A stretch of DNA of 35,495 nt from a virus (lineage: Duplodnaviria > Caudoviricetes), in the IMG/VR virus record IMGVR_UViG_3300046779_000859, positions 1 through 35,495 of that record; one strand, 5' to 3'. Positions 27,592 through 34,902 of this stretch are shown one piece after another (within the stretch, counting starts at the first letter, position 1; each line of letters opens with the position of its first letter). A program made the position numbers and the translations under genes. The notes beneath the pieces were generated by a model, which worked only from the letters and a program-made list of their open reading frames with translations, ran no database searches and was not told the origin of the DNA.

Positions 27592-27946
27592 ACATCAATG
27601 GTTCTGTGAAAAAACAAAAGTTGCTCAAGCATACACTATACCTTGTGTTGGCTGTGATTTTACTTGTAAGAATGTAGTACGTCAATCTAAATCTCATGTT
27701 ATAACCAGAGCTAAACGTAAAGCAATATTACAACGTGACCGTAAAAGGTGTACACAATGTGGTAACACAGAAAAATTAACTGTAGACCATTTACTTCCTA
27801 TTTGTGAAGGGGGTAAAAATGATAGTTGGAATCTTACTACTTTATGTCATGCTTGTAATAACAGTAAAGGAGATAAACTGGTAGATAAATTCTTGAAGTT
27901 ACGGTTTAATCAACGGTACGGAATTAAAACTTACATGGGATGGTAG
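27578..27946 (+). CDS. HNH endonuclease
   Basis: RD-x-x-x-CTQCG...LTVDHLLP...GG...NLTTLCHACNNSKG. Confidence 0.92.
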   Translation: MKTRKHQWFCEKTKVAQAYTIPCVGCDFTCKNVVRQSKSHVITRAKRKAILQRDRKRCTQCGNTEKLTVDHLLPICEGGKNDSWNLTTLCHACNNSKGDKLVDKFLKLRFNQRYGIKTYMGW

Positions 27947-28071
27947 AATTATTTTGGATTATTTTTAAAGAACCTTTTAGAATGGTCAACGATTTTATGT
28001 TTGGAGATAACCATCATATCGTATCTGAAAGAGGTTGGAAAATATTAAATAACAATAAAAGGTCAAGATGA
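27940..28071 (+). CDS. 43-aa hypothetical protein
   Basis: Absent from the track; fills the gap and overlaps both neighbours (MVELFWIIFKEPF...). Confidence 0.5.
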   Translation: MVELFWIIFKEPFRMVNDFMFGDNHHIVSERGWKILNNNKRSR

Positions 28072-28361
28072 AAAGTAAAAGACTCACAGAAGAAGAAATG
28101 CTAATAGAAATAATAAACACAATGTTTCTTATAGCTGGTCATGATGCAACATACGAAGATGTCAAAGGTCGACAAGACAACTGGTACAACCAATGGACCA
28201 TGACTCCTGAGCAAGAAAAGAAGTGGATGGAGTGGATGATCTCCTACTACCGTAAGAATAAAAGAATGACAATAAGCTACGCAAAAAGAGCCGCAGCATG
28301 GACAAACCTAATGTGGGGACTAACCGTAGTACAACCATTAATAGAACAGGAAAATGAGTGA
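28068..28361 (+). CDS. Hypothetical protein (Trp-rich)
   Basis: 97 aa, translationally coupled in the operon. Confidence 0.75.
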   Translation: MKSKRLTEEEMLIEIINTMFLIAGHDATYEDVKGRQDNWYNQWTMTPEQEKKWMEWMISYYRKNKRMTISYAKRAAAWTNLMWGLTVVQPLIEQENE

Positions 28362-28560
28362 CATAAGCAAGTGTTCGGGTGAAGGATGCCCACACAAAGA
28401 AAAGTGCTACCGATTCACAGCACCAGCTGACGAGTACCGACAAGCCTATTTCGCAGAGCCGCCAATCAAAGACGATGGATCATGCGATATGTTCTGGGGA
28501 CAGACACAAACAGACATCCTATCCCAACTAAAAGAAATAGTACAACAGAAGCCTCAATAG
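28354..28560 (+). CDS. Small Cys-rich putative Zn-binding protein
   Basis: DISKC-x4-CP-x4-CYRF...CDMFW. Confidence 0.75.
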   Translation: MSDISKCSGEGCPHKEKCYRFTAPADEYRQAYFAEPPIKDDGSCDMFWGQTQTDILSQLKEIVQQKPQ

Positions 28561-28571
28561 AGGCTTTTTTT
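28549..28571 (+). terminator. Intrinsic terminator closing the replication-side operon
   Basis: AAGCCTC-AATA-GAGGCTT followed by a T-run. Confidence 0.85.
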
Positions 28572-28593
28572 ATACCCATAAAGTCCCCTATAC

Positions 28594-28909
28594 GTCACAA
28601 TTATTCTAAAATTTGTGGCATAAAAGACACACTATAGTATGACTTTTCAGTCATTAAAGTCAAAATATGGCTTTACGGTCAGCGATCCCATACTTTAATA
28701 TGAGTTAGATGTTATTTATAACACCTGTCCGATATAAGCGGACAACCAACAAAAGACAGTAAACCACTCCTACTGGCAAATGTTTGTCGCAAGTATAGTA
28801 AACTTTTGCGACAGCTGTTGTAGATAATTATCACCAGAATCAACCCTATCGTTGATAATAATCCCCAACCCCCCCCTACCAAAAAAAACAGCCCAGCGTG
28901 GAACACGCT
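28594..28909. repeat. Dense array of about 10 mutually different inverted repeats
   Basis: For example TGTCCG-N7-CGGACA (28726-44), TGTCGCAA-N13-TTGCGACA (28785-813), ATCAAC-N6-GTTGAT, ATGAC-N6-GTCAT. Confidence 0.75.
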
Positions 28910-28925
28910 ACCACCTTAGCACATC

Positions 28926-28941
28926 CGTTTCACGTGGAACA
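28926..28941. promoter_or_regulatory. parS: parS site 1 (one terminal mismatch)
   Basis: CGTTTCACGTGGAACA versus consensus TGTTTCACGTGAAACA / TGTTCCACGTGAAACA. Confidence 0.8.
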
Positions 28942-29044
28942 TCAAAACAGGCAGAACATAGTGTGGAGGGGGTCATATATACACATGGGACGCATACATC
29001 GGTGGGCAAACTGCTTTTTTGCGAATGGGGTGGGGTTCTAGTTA

Positions 29045-29113
29045 GTGTACATTCAACACTAAGGGGGGGTGTGTACTTTATACACTAAGGTTCGTGTACA
29101 TTTTACACTAAGG
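29045..29113. repeat. Three 20-bp direct repeats, internally palindromic (GTGTA-N5-TACAC-TAAGG)
   Basis: 29045-64, 29071-90, 29094-113. Confidence 0.9.
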
Positions 29114-29119
29114 TAGGCT

Positions 29120-29234
29120 TATTTAGAATGATTATAAATTACAGCAAATACTTGACAAGGGCAATAAGCAACAAAAGAGGAAAGTATTTTCACTATTTAG
29201 AACGTTTCTAAATTACGCCGAAAACTTGACAAAG
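29120..29234. repeat. Two 41-bp imperfect repeats, each with a 19-bp Fur-box-like palindrome and CTTGACAA
   Basis: ATTTAGAATGATTATAAAT (29121-39) and ATTTAGAACGTTTCTAAAT (29195-213); 74-bp period. Confidence 0.7.
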
Positions 29235-29380
29235 ATATGTTTTATTTTGTAACTCCTACGCGCGCGGGAATACCTTATATGGACAAAGGGCAAAAGTAGT
29301 AAGCAAAAAAAAATTTCAAATTTATTTCATTGATAATCAGTACTTTAGATATAACTCGAAAAAAAATTTTGCAAAAACTA

Positions 29381-29411
29381 TTGACAAAAAAACATATCCG
29401 TTGTATGTTTG
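29381..29411 (+). promoter_or_regulatory. Bacteroidota promoter for the early-type region, with upstream A-tracts and an IHF-like site
   Basis: TTG-N20-TATGTTTG; AATCAGTACTTTA (WATCAR-N4-TTR) at 29335-47. Confidence 0.75.
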
Positions 29412-29798
29412 CAAAGTCAATCGAAACAACATATACAAGCGAGTATAATGCGGTTGGTAGGTATAGCCCCTACGTGCTATATAGGAAAGGATAAACGTGC
29501 CTAAAACCCACTAAAATAGGGATATTTTAGATGTGGCGAAGCCATACCCTACCTGTACATTCTTTGACATCTGCAAAGGGAGTAAATTTCACAACTGAAA
29601 TAAGGGGTGAAGTGCGTCTAATATGGAAATACACATTGTTTGTGTTGGTGGTGGTATGCGGTGAAGTGCATACGTTTATTAGGCGGTTGCGAATTTGGTG
29701 CATAAAAGTAGAAATACGTGCGCACGTCTTGACAAGGCGGTTTCTTACTCGGTAGGAAAAAAACAATACAACAAACATAAACGCGCGGTTTGTTCATG

Positions 29799-29814
29799 TG
29801 TTCCACGTGAAACA
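29799..29814. promoter_or_regulatory. parS: parS site 2
   Basis: TGTTCCACGTGAAACA. Confidence 0.88.
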
Positions 29815-29852
29815 AGCTGTATACCTATATTAAATAGTGCTCGGCGCCGATG

Positions 29853-29868
29853 TGTTCCACGTGAAACA
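29853..29868. promoter_or_regulatory. parS: parS site 3
   Basis: TGTTCCACGTGAAACA. Confidence 0.88.
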
Positions 29869-29938
29869 TTGCATGGTTCGATTCCATGACTATTTCAATA
29901 CGCAATAATGCGTAGAAATCAAACAACAAACAAAAAAA

Positions 29939-30343
29939 ATGGGTATTTTTCAATTAAGTGTTTCCTTCAAGAAGGACAACAAAGTTACGGGCGTAACTAC
30001 AGAAACAAGTGTTTACAACATCGAATTTGAACCGAAGGGCAAATTGAATACGGGGCAAATTGTCGGTACAGCTTGCAATGAATTGTACAAATGGGTTGAC
30101 CTTGTAAAAGATATGGGCGCAACATTCAGTACTACGGGCGGATACTTTGACATATTCATAAAGTCGAATAGCACTGTACTTGATACGTCTATAGTTAAAC
30201 GTGAGCTTAAACAAAAGTTAGCGTTCAACAAGACGGATGAAAGTAGAAAGCGATTTGCACAGCGTGTGAATAGACTCGCTAAGTTTATGGCTACTGAACC
30301 TACTGTAGTTCACATAGATGATGTTATAGAAGCGCTATCTTAA
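29939..30343 (+). CDS. Hypothetical protein, first gene of the early-type block
   Basis: 134 aa, A-rich leader, followed by a terminator. Confidence 0.8.
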   Translation: MGIFQLSVSFKKDNKVTGVTTETSVYNIEFEPKGKLNTGQIVGTACNELYKWVDLVKDMGATFSTTGGYFDIFIKSNSTVLDTSIVKRELKQKLAFNKTDESRKRFAQRVNRLAKFMATEPTVVHIDDVIEALS

Positions 30344-30365
30344 TTCTGGCGGCTATTCAATTTTC

Positions 30366-30393
30366 AAGGGGGGCTTCGTGCCCCTTTTTATTT
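30366..30393 (+). terminator. Intrinsic terminator
   Basis: AAGGGG...CTTCG...CCCCTT followed by TTTATTT. Confidence 0.75.
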
Positions 30394-30410
30394 ACCTTAA
30401 AATTAAACTT

Positions 30411-30695
30411 ATGTTTAAAATATCACATTTTATCACAGGTGAACGTAGAGAAAAATCAAAAGGGTTCACTATGGAATTTGAAAACGGCAACACGATAAGC
30501 GTTCAATTCGGTCGCGGTAACTATTGCGAAAATCGAGACGATTCAGAAGGTAAACACTATTCAGCAGATGCTGAAATAGCAATATGGAATACCGAAAACA
30601 AATGGTACGACTTCGGAACTGATACGGTCAAAGGCTGGTGTACACCCGATGAGGTCGCTAAATGGATTCACTTTGCATCAACCACAAAATTCTAA
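30411..30695 (+). CDS. Hypothetical phage protein
   Basis: ATG at 30411; FENGNTISVQFG-x-GNYC...AEIAIW...VKGW-x-TPDEV. Confidence 0.8.
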   Translation: MFKISHFITGERREKSKGFTMEFENGNTISVQFGRGNYCENRDDSEGKHYSADAEIAIWNTENKWYDFGTDTVKGWCTPDEVAKWIHFASTTKF

Positions 30696-30711
30696 TGTTC
30701 CACGTGAAACA
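30696..30711. promoter_or_regulatory. parS: parS site 4
   Basis: TGTTCCACGTGAAACA immediately after a stop codon. Confidence 0.88.
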
Positions 30712-30743
30712 ATTAATCAAGTATAACCATAAAAACAAACAAC

Positions 30744-30947
30744 GTGAAAAATCTAATCAATCAATTCTTAGTAGTGTTGCTATATGCAATGCTATTTGCG
30801 TTCACATACGCATCAATTTGCGGCTTAGTTGCCCTAATATTTTGGACAAGCTACATAAGTGTGGCAACTTATCCAGCTTCGATACTCATACTCATAGTGT
30901 CGGTTATATGTGTTGGATGTTACAACCTTTGTAAACTTAAATTCTAA
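30744..30947 (+). CDS. Small membrane protein
   Basis: GTG start, two hydrophobic segments. Confidence 0.65.
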   Translation: MKNLINQFLVVLLYAMLFAFTYASICGLVALIFWTSYISVATYPASILILIVSVICVGCYNLCKLKF

Positions 30948-30951
30948 GGCA

Positions 30952-31125
30952 ATGAAGAAAGTAAACTTCTATGTAGTCATGTACCTATTAGCCATGACTT
31001 TTGCGGCTGCGTGTTTAACGTGTTGCACACCATCAAAGAGTTCTGTTAACCCATGCGAACACTTTGTAAACAAGGGGCATAAACAAAATGCCCATGACCT
31101 GCTACCATATCATAGAAACAATTAA
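30952..31125 (+). CDS. Small putative lipoprotein
   Basis: MKK, hydrophobic stretch and LTC-C lipobox-like site. Confidence 0.55.
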   Translation: MKKVNFYVVMYLLAMTFAAACLTCCTPSKSSVNPCEHFVNKGHKQNAHDLLPYHRNN

Positions 31126-31136
31126 AATCAAATAAC

Positions 31137-32384
31137 ATGGAAGAAGAAAAAACTCCAGAAACAATCCTCCTATACAACGGAGAAGAAGTCAGCACCGACA
31201 CAACAACGGGTTGCTTTGACTATGGTCAATATCAAGGCCAACTATACGCCGATGGTGATGATGATGTTATCATCTTGACAAGTGGTGATACATGTCACAG
31301 CGATGATGATTGGCACACCACAAATTGCGGTGATACATTCCACGAAGATGAACAGGACAGCCTTGACATAATCTTTGCGGACTATGATGGTGAGTACGCC
31401 TATTCATCAGATTGTACCTATGGTATAGTAGACCGTAGGGGTCATGAGGGGTATTGGTTAGACACATATCATGACCATGAAGCCGTATATTCAAATAGAG
31501 ATAGCATTCATTTCATTGACTCACAAGTAGCACGTGAACGTGACTACATCTTTGATGATAATCAAGACGATTGGGTACACATAGATGATTATGAGGGTGA
31601 TAATGATGATGATGAGGGTGAGGATACGTCCTCTTATGTTAAGTCATATCATGGCTATTCAAGACAGTTTGTTTGTGACTCTTCGGCGGCTTGGAGGTTT
31701 GGTGTCGAGGTCGAGAAGGAGGACTACGATGCTAAGACCATGGAGTACCCCGATACTATATACAACGCTGTCAAGTGGTGTAAAGAATCGGACGGGTCTC
31801 TCAATGACTACTCTGGCTTTGAGTTGGTGTCGCCCGTGTATGACCTCATGGACAAGGGTACTTGGTTGCGTGACTTTTCGAACCCACTTATCGAACCGCT
31901 ACTCAATGCTAAACATAGTTCATCATGTGGTGGTCACATCCACATATCATCAAGTATGTATACACCTGATGAGATTATGTTAGGACTTAGCGGCTTCCTA
32001 CCTATACTGTACAGCCTTTACAAGAGACGTATGTTTGCCGACTACGCACGTACTAAGAAGAAGTATCAGTACCTAACTGAGAAAACTAAGAGGGCGAGTG
32101 TATATGTGCAAGATAGGACTTGTGAGTTCCGTATCTTCCCTGCTGTACGTAGTAAGGATAACTTGATATGGCGGCTTGACCTACTACGCATCTTCATTGA
32201 CAACTTCAATGCCTCTGAGCGTGATGTCCTCAAGATGTTGTGTAATACATCACACCCCCTTCATATTCATATCAAGAATATGGTTGGTGATGATAAAATG
32301 ACTGAGAAGATTGATGAGTTCATCGGCTTCAGTAAGACGTGGAATAACTTTAATTTAGATAATGACGATAAAACAATCAAATAA
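31137..32384 (+). CDS. Putative amidoligase (COOH-NH2 ligase, Amidoligase_2-like) with acidic N-terminal region
   Basis: FGVEVE, ESDGSL, FELVSP, SCGGHIH and TCEFR motifs. Confidence 0.88.
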   Translation: MEEEKTPETILLYNGEEVSTDTTTGCFDYGQYQGQLYADGDDDVIILTSGDTCHSDDDWHTTNCGDTFHEDEQDSLDIIFADYDGEYAYSSDCTYGIVDRRGHEGYWLDTYHDHEAVYSNRDSIHFIDSQVARERDYIFDDNQDDWVHIDDYEGDNDDDEGEDTSSYVKSYHGYSRQFVCDSSAAWRFGVEVEKEDYDAKTMEYPDTIYNAVKWCKESDGSLNDYSGFELVSPVYDLMDKGTWLRDFSNPLIEPLLNAKHSSSCGGHIHISSSMYTPDEIMLGLSGFLPILYSLYKRRMFADYARTKKKYQYLTEKTKRASVYVQDRTCEFRIFPAVRSKDNLIWRLDLLRIFIDNFNASERDVLKMLCNTSHPLHIHIKNMVGDDKMTEKIDEFIGFSKTWNNFNLDNDDKTIK

Positions 32385-32386
32385 TT

Positions 32387-33289
32387 ATGTGCATAGCAAT
32401 CTTAAACCCTGAAGATGTTACTCTTGATAAGAGTGTTCTTCGCACGTGTTGGGACAATAACACGGATGGAGCTGGTATTCTATACGTAGATGGCGGCGTC
32501 CTAAAAACACACAAGGAGATGTCTAACTTTGATTCATTCTATGATGAGTATCTACGTATACGTAGTGCTCACAAGGAGTCTCAAGTAGTCATACACTTCC
32601 GTATATCTACACATGGCAAGGTCAATGAGACTAACTGCCACCCATTTATTGTAGATGATTATTGGGGTTTTGTGCATAACGGTATCATATCCAATGCACC
32701 ACACCACGCTGATTACAGCGACACCTATATGTTTAATCAAGAGGTACTTCAAAAGCTACCTAAGGATTGGTTATTCAATGACGCCATCTATGAACTTGTT
32801 GTAGGTTACATTGGCTCATCTAAGTTGCTGTTTCTTAATGCCGACAACGATGCCTATATTCTTAACGAAGATATGGGTGTGTGGGACTTAGGCTGTTGGT
32901 TTAGTAACAAGACGTACAAAGAGTCACGCTACTTTGACTATGGCGGTAAGCAGGTATGGAAGTCGGCGGCGACGCCTACTATCACCTCCTCCTCTACTAC
33001 TAAAGATTATTCTACTAAGTGGTGGGACCGTAGTGATTACTCACCTAAGTGGGTGTGGGATGATAAGAAAAAAGATTATGTTAACAAGTCGGCGGCTGCG
33101 GATGTTTTTGATGATGAGGATGTGGATGTGGACAACTACCCACAAACCGAGTGGCCAACTGATGCGTCTGAGTTATTCATAGACACTTGCGATGGCTGTG
33201 ATTCTCCAGAGGTGCTTGTCGCCTACGATACATCATACAACGCTTGCCTATGTAAAAGCTGCCACGATGATTTGTACACACCCTTTTAA
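32387..33289 (+). CDS. Class II (Ntn) glutamine amidotransferase with C-terminal CxxC...CxxC
   Basis: N-terminal MC, N-x-DGAG, HFRISTHG, NCHPF, HNG and SDT motifs. Confidence 0.92.
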   Translation: MCIAILNPEDVTLDKSVLRTCWDNNTDGAGILYVDGGVLKTHKEMSNFDSFYDEYLRIRSAHKESQVVIHFRISTHGKVNETNCHPFIVDDYWGFVHNGIISNAPHHADYSDTYMFNQEVLQKLPKDWLFNDAIYELVVGYIGSSKLLFLNADNDAYILNEDMGVWDLGCWFSNKTYKESRYFDYGGKQVWKSAATPTITSSSTTKDYSTKWWDRSDYSPKWVWDDKKKDYVNKSAAADVFDDEDVDVDNYPQTEWPTDASELFIDTCDGCDSPEVLVAYDTSYNACLCKSCHDDLYTPF

Positions 33290-33299
33290 CACATGATTT

Positions 33300-33572
33300 A
33301 TGACAAAAGACCAACTAATGCAATGGTGGTTAAAACCACATGAGTATGTAAGATACAGAAGGGCATTAAGAGATAGCCTCAATACTCATTATACAAATTA
33401 TCTTCAAAGATTTGATGCATACCTATCTTTTGAACTTCATAGTGATTGCGATTATAGGCATGAGTTTTTTAATTCAATAGATAAATTTTCATGGCGTGAT
33501 TCTAAAGAGGGTCATGACTATTGGAGTTGCATATCAGAAAGACGTAGGCCTCTTGGAACTCAAACTAAATAG
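33300..33572 (+). CDS. Hypothetical protein
   Basis: 90 aa; FSW-x-DS-x-EGHDYW motif. Confidence 0.75.
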   Translation: MTKDQLMQWWLKPHEYVRYRRALRDSLNTHYTNYLQRFDAYLSFELHSDCDYRHEFFNSIDKFSWRDSKEGHDYWSCISERRRPLGTQTK

Positions 33573-33574
33573 AT

Positions 33575-33889
33575 ATGAATAAGATGATTTGTCAATTAGG
33601 TTTTACCTCTACGATGTATGAAACTACATCGTGGGGTAAACAACTAAGGGTAGAGGTTACATGTTTAGCTGACTTCTATCTTCTATCAGGCACTGTTAGT
33701 AGTGGTCACATGTATGTAGAGTTACATACTGATTATGATAATCAAGTGTTTGATATTGGGTTGTATACATTGGATGGGCGGCTATCCGATTTTGATGGGG
33801 TAAAAGAACTTCCCCGACCAATCATAGACCACATGCATGAATACATGGGCGTTGATTGTAGTAAGCAAATAGTTCTATTAGAATCTTAA
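33575..33889 (+). CDS. Hypothetical protein
   Basis: 104 aa; DIGL...LSDFDGVKELP. Confidence 0.75.
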   Translation: MNKMICQLGFTSTMYETTSWGKQLRVEVTCLADFYLLSGTVSSGHMYVELHTDYDNQVFDIGLYTLDGRLSDFDGVKELPRPIIDHMHEYMGVDCSKQIVLLES

Positions 33890-33900
33890 ACTTTATTAAC

Positions 33901-34035
33901 ATGACTCCAGAAGAGAAAAAAGAAATTGTAGAATGCTACATTGAGGATTTTATTATGTACCTAACATCTGACGATAAGTTAAGAGATAGATACTACTCCG
34001 TCCTTCAAGATTACATGAAAGAAGTTTACCAATAA
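33901..34035 (+). CDS. 44-aa hypothetical protein
   Basis: Absent from the track; MTPEEKKEIVECYIEDF... fills the intergenic gap. Confidence 0.6.
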   Translation: MTPEEKKEIVECYIEDFIMYLTSDDKLRDRYYSVLQDYMKEVYQ

Positions 34036-34043
34036 TTAGAAAG

Positions 34044-34421
34044 ATGAACTACGATACATTCCTTATGCACAAAGTCTTAATAGACGATGGTGTTTCAGTT
34101 AACAATGTTATGTTTGAATCACTACCTTATGATGAGCAGTTCTGTATAATTGAAGAATTATTCAGCGGCTTCGAGGCTTCTGGTTTCAATGTACCTGAGA
34201 TAGACCTACTCACATGTCTCAAGAACTATGTATATGCAAGTAAGTTTTGTCTAACATACGGCAATCAAACATACGAACTTGAGGTAGACGTAACTAACTA
34301 TGAGTTTAATAACCTATACGCACACGTTATGTCAGGCGAGTTTTCTAACCACCCATGTGGTGAGACTCTATACAAGATAATTAATGGCAAGATAAAAATA
34401 AAGGAGGTTGACAATGCCTAA
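34044..34421 (+). CDS. Hypothetical protein
   Basis: 125 aa, in operon. Confidence 0.75.
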   Translation: MNYDTFLMHKVLIDDGVSVNNVMFESLPYDEQFCIIEELFSGFEASGFNVPEIDLLTCLKNYVYASKFCLTYGNQTYELEVDVTNYEFNNLYAHVMSGEFSNHPCGETLYKIINGKIKIKEVDNA

Positions 34422-34902
34422 CTGGTGTAGAAATGACGTTTACTTCTCAGGTAACAACTTACACAAGGTAGAAAAGTTGTTCGATGATTTAATCAAAGAG
34501 CAAAATGAGACGAGGCTTGGTGTCCGACCTGATTGGAAGGTAATGTCTAAGAAGGATTGTCTATTCATGTTTGAGATATACAAGAATGATTCAGGACATT
34601 ATTCATTCGATAGCAGGTGGGCTCCTGCACATGAGACTATGTTTTATATTGGGCGGCGTTTCAAAATTGCATTCAGCATGAGCTACGATGAGTGTGGTAT
34701 GGGGTTGTATGGTCAGTATACGTTTGACCCATCACAACCCAACATTCTAATGTCTAAAGATGCTTCCAATATAAACTATGAGTATGATGAATACTTTGAT
34801 ATGTACACATACAATGGTGATAAGTATGAATCCATGTATGACTTTTTAGATAATGTATTAGAATCACAAGAACCCTCACCAATAATAATGATCAGCACAT
34901 GA
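34414..34902 (+). CDS. DUF1281/YubB ferredoxin-like domain protein
   Basis: MPNWC-x-N...FDSRWAP...YDECG; ATG at 34414. Confidence 0.75.
   Translation: MPNWCRNDVYFSGNNLHKVEKLFDDLIKEQNETRLGVRPDWKVMSKKDCLFMFEIYKNDSGHYSFDSRWAPAHETMFYIGRRFKIAFSMSYDECGMGLYGQYTFDPSQPNILMSKDASNINYEYDEYFDMYTYNGDKYESMYDFLDNVLESQEPSPIIMIST

Larger units (their letters stand above)
29417..29914 (+). ncRNA. Candidate ~500-nt structured RNA/leader ending in a tRNA-like element
   Basis: More than 12 stems, some nested; T-arm CATGG-TTCGATT-CCATG stacked on a 7-bp acceptor-like stem. Confidence 0.5.

Noticed and set aside
27578-27946. HNH as part of a group I intron or defence system
   Set aside because: Free-standing, translationally coupled ORF; no split host gene or partner methylase
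28683-28710. dif (XerCD) site
   Set aside because: Only about 13 of 22 arm positions match E. coli dif by eye, too weak in AT-rich DNA
29045-29234. Mini-CRISPR array
   Set aside because: Gaps of only 3-6 bp in the first set; only two degenerate copies in the second; no cas genes
28712-29889. Track ORFs in the non-coding region (28712, 28852, 29527, 29531, 29618, 29695)
   Set aside because: Short, mutually overlapping, atypical composition, and better explained by repeats and RNA structure
29832-29896. Canonical tRNA gene
   Set aside because: No proper D-loop or 7-nt anticodon loop; kept only as a tRNA-like element
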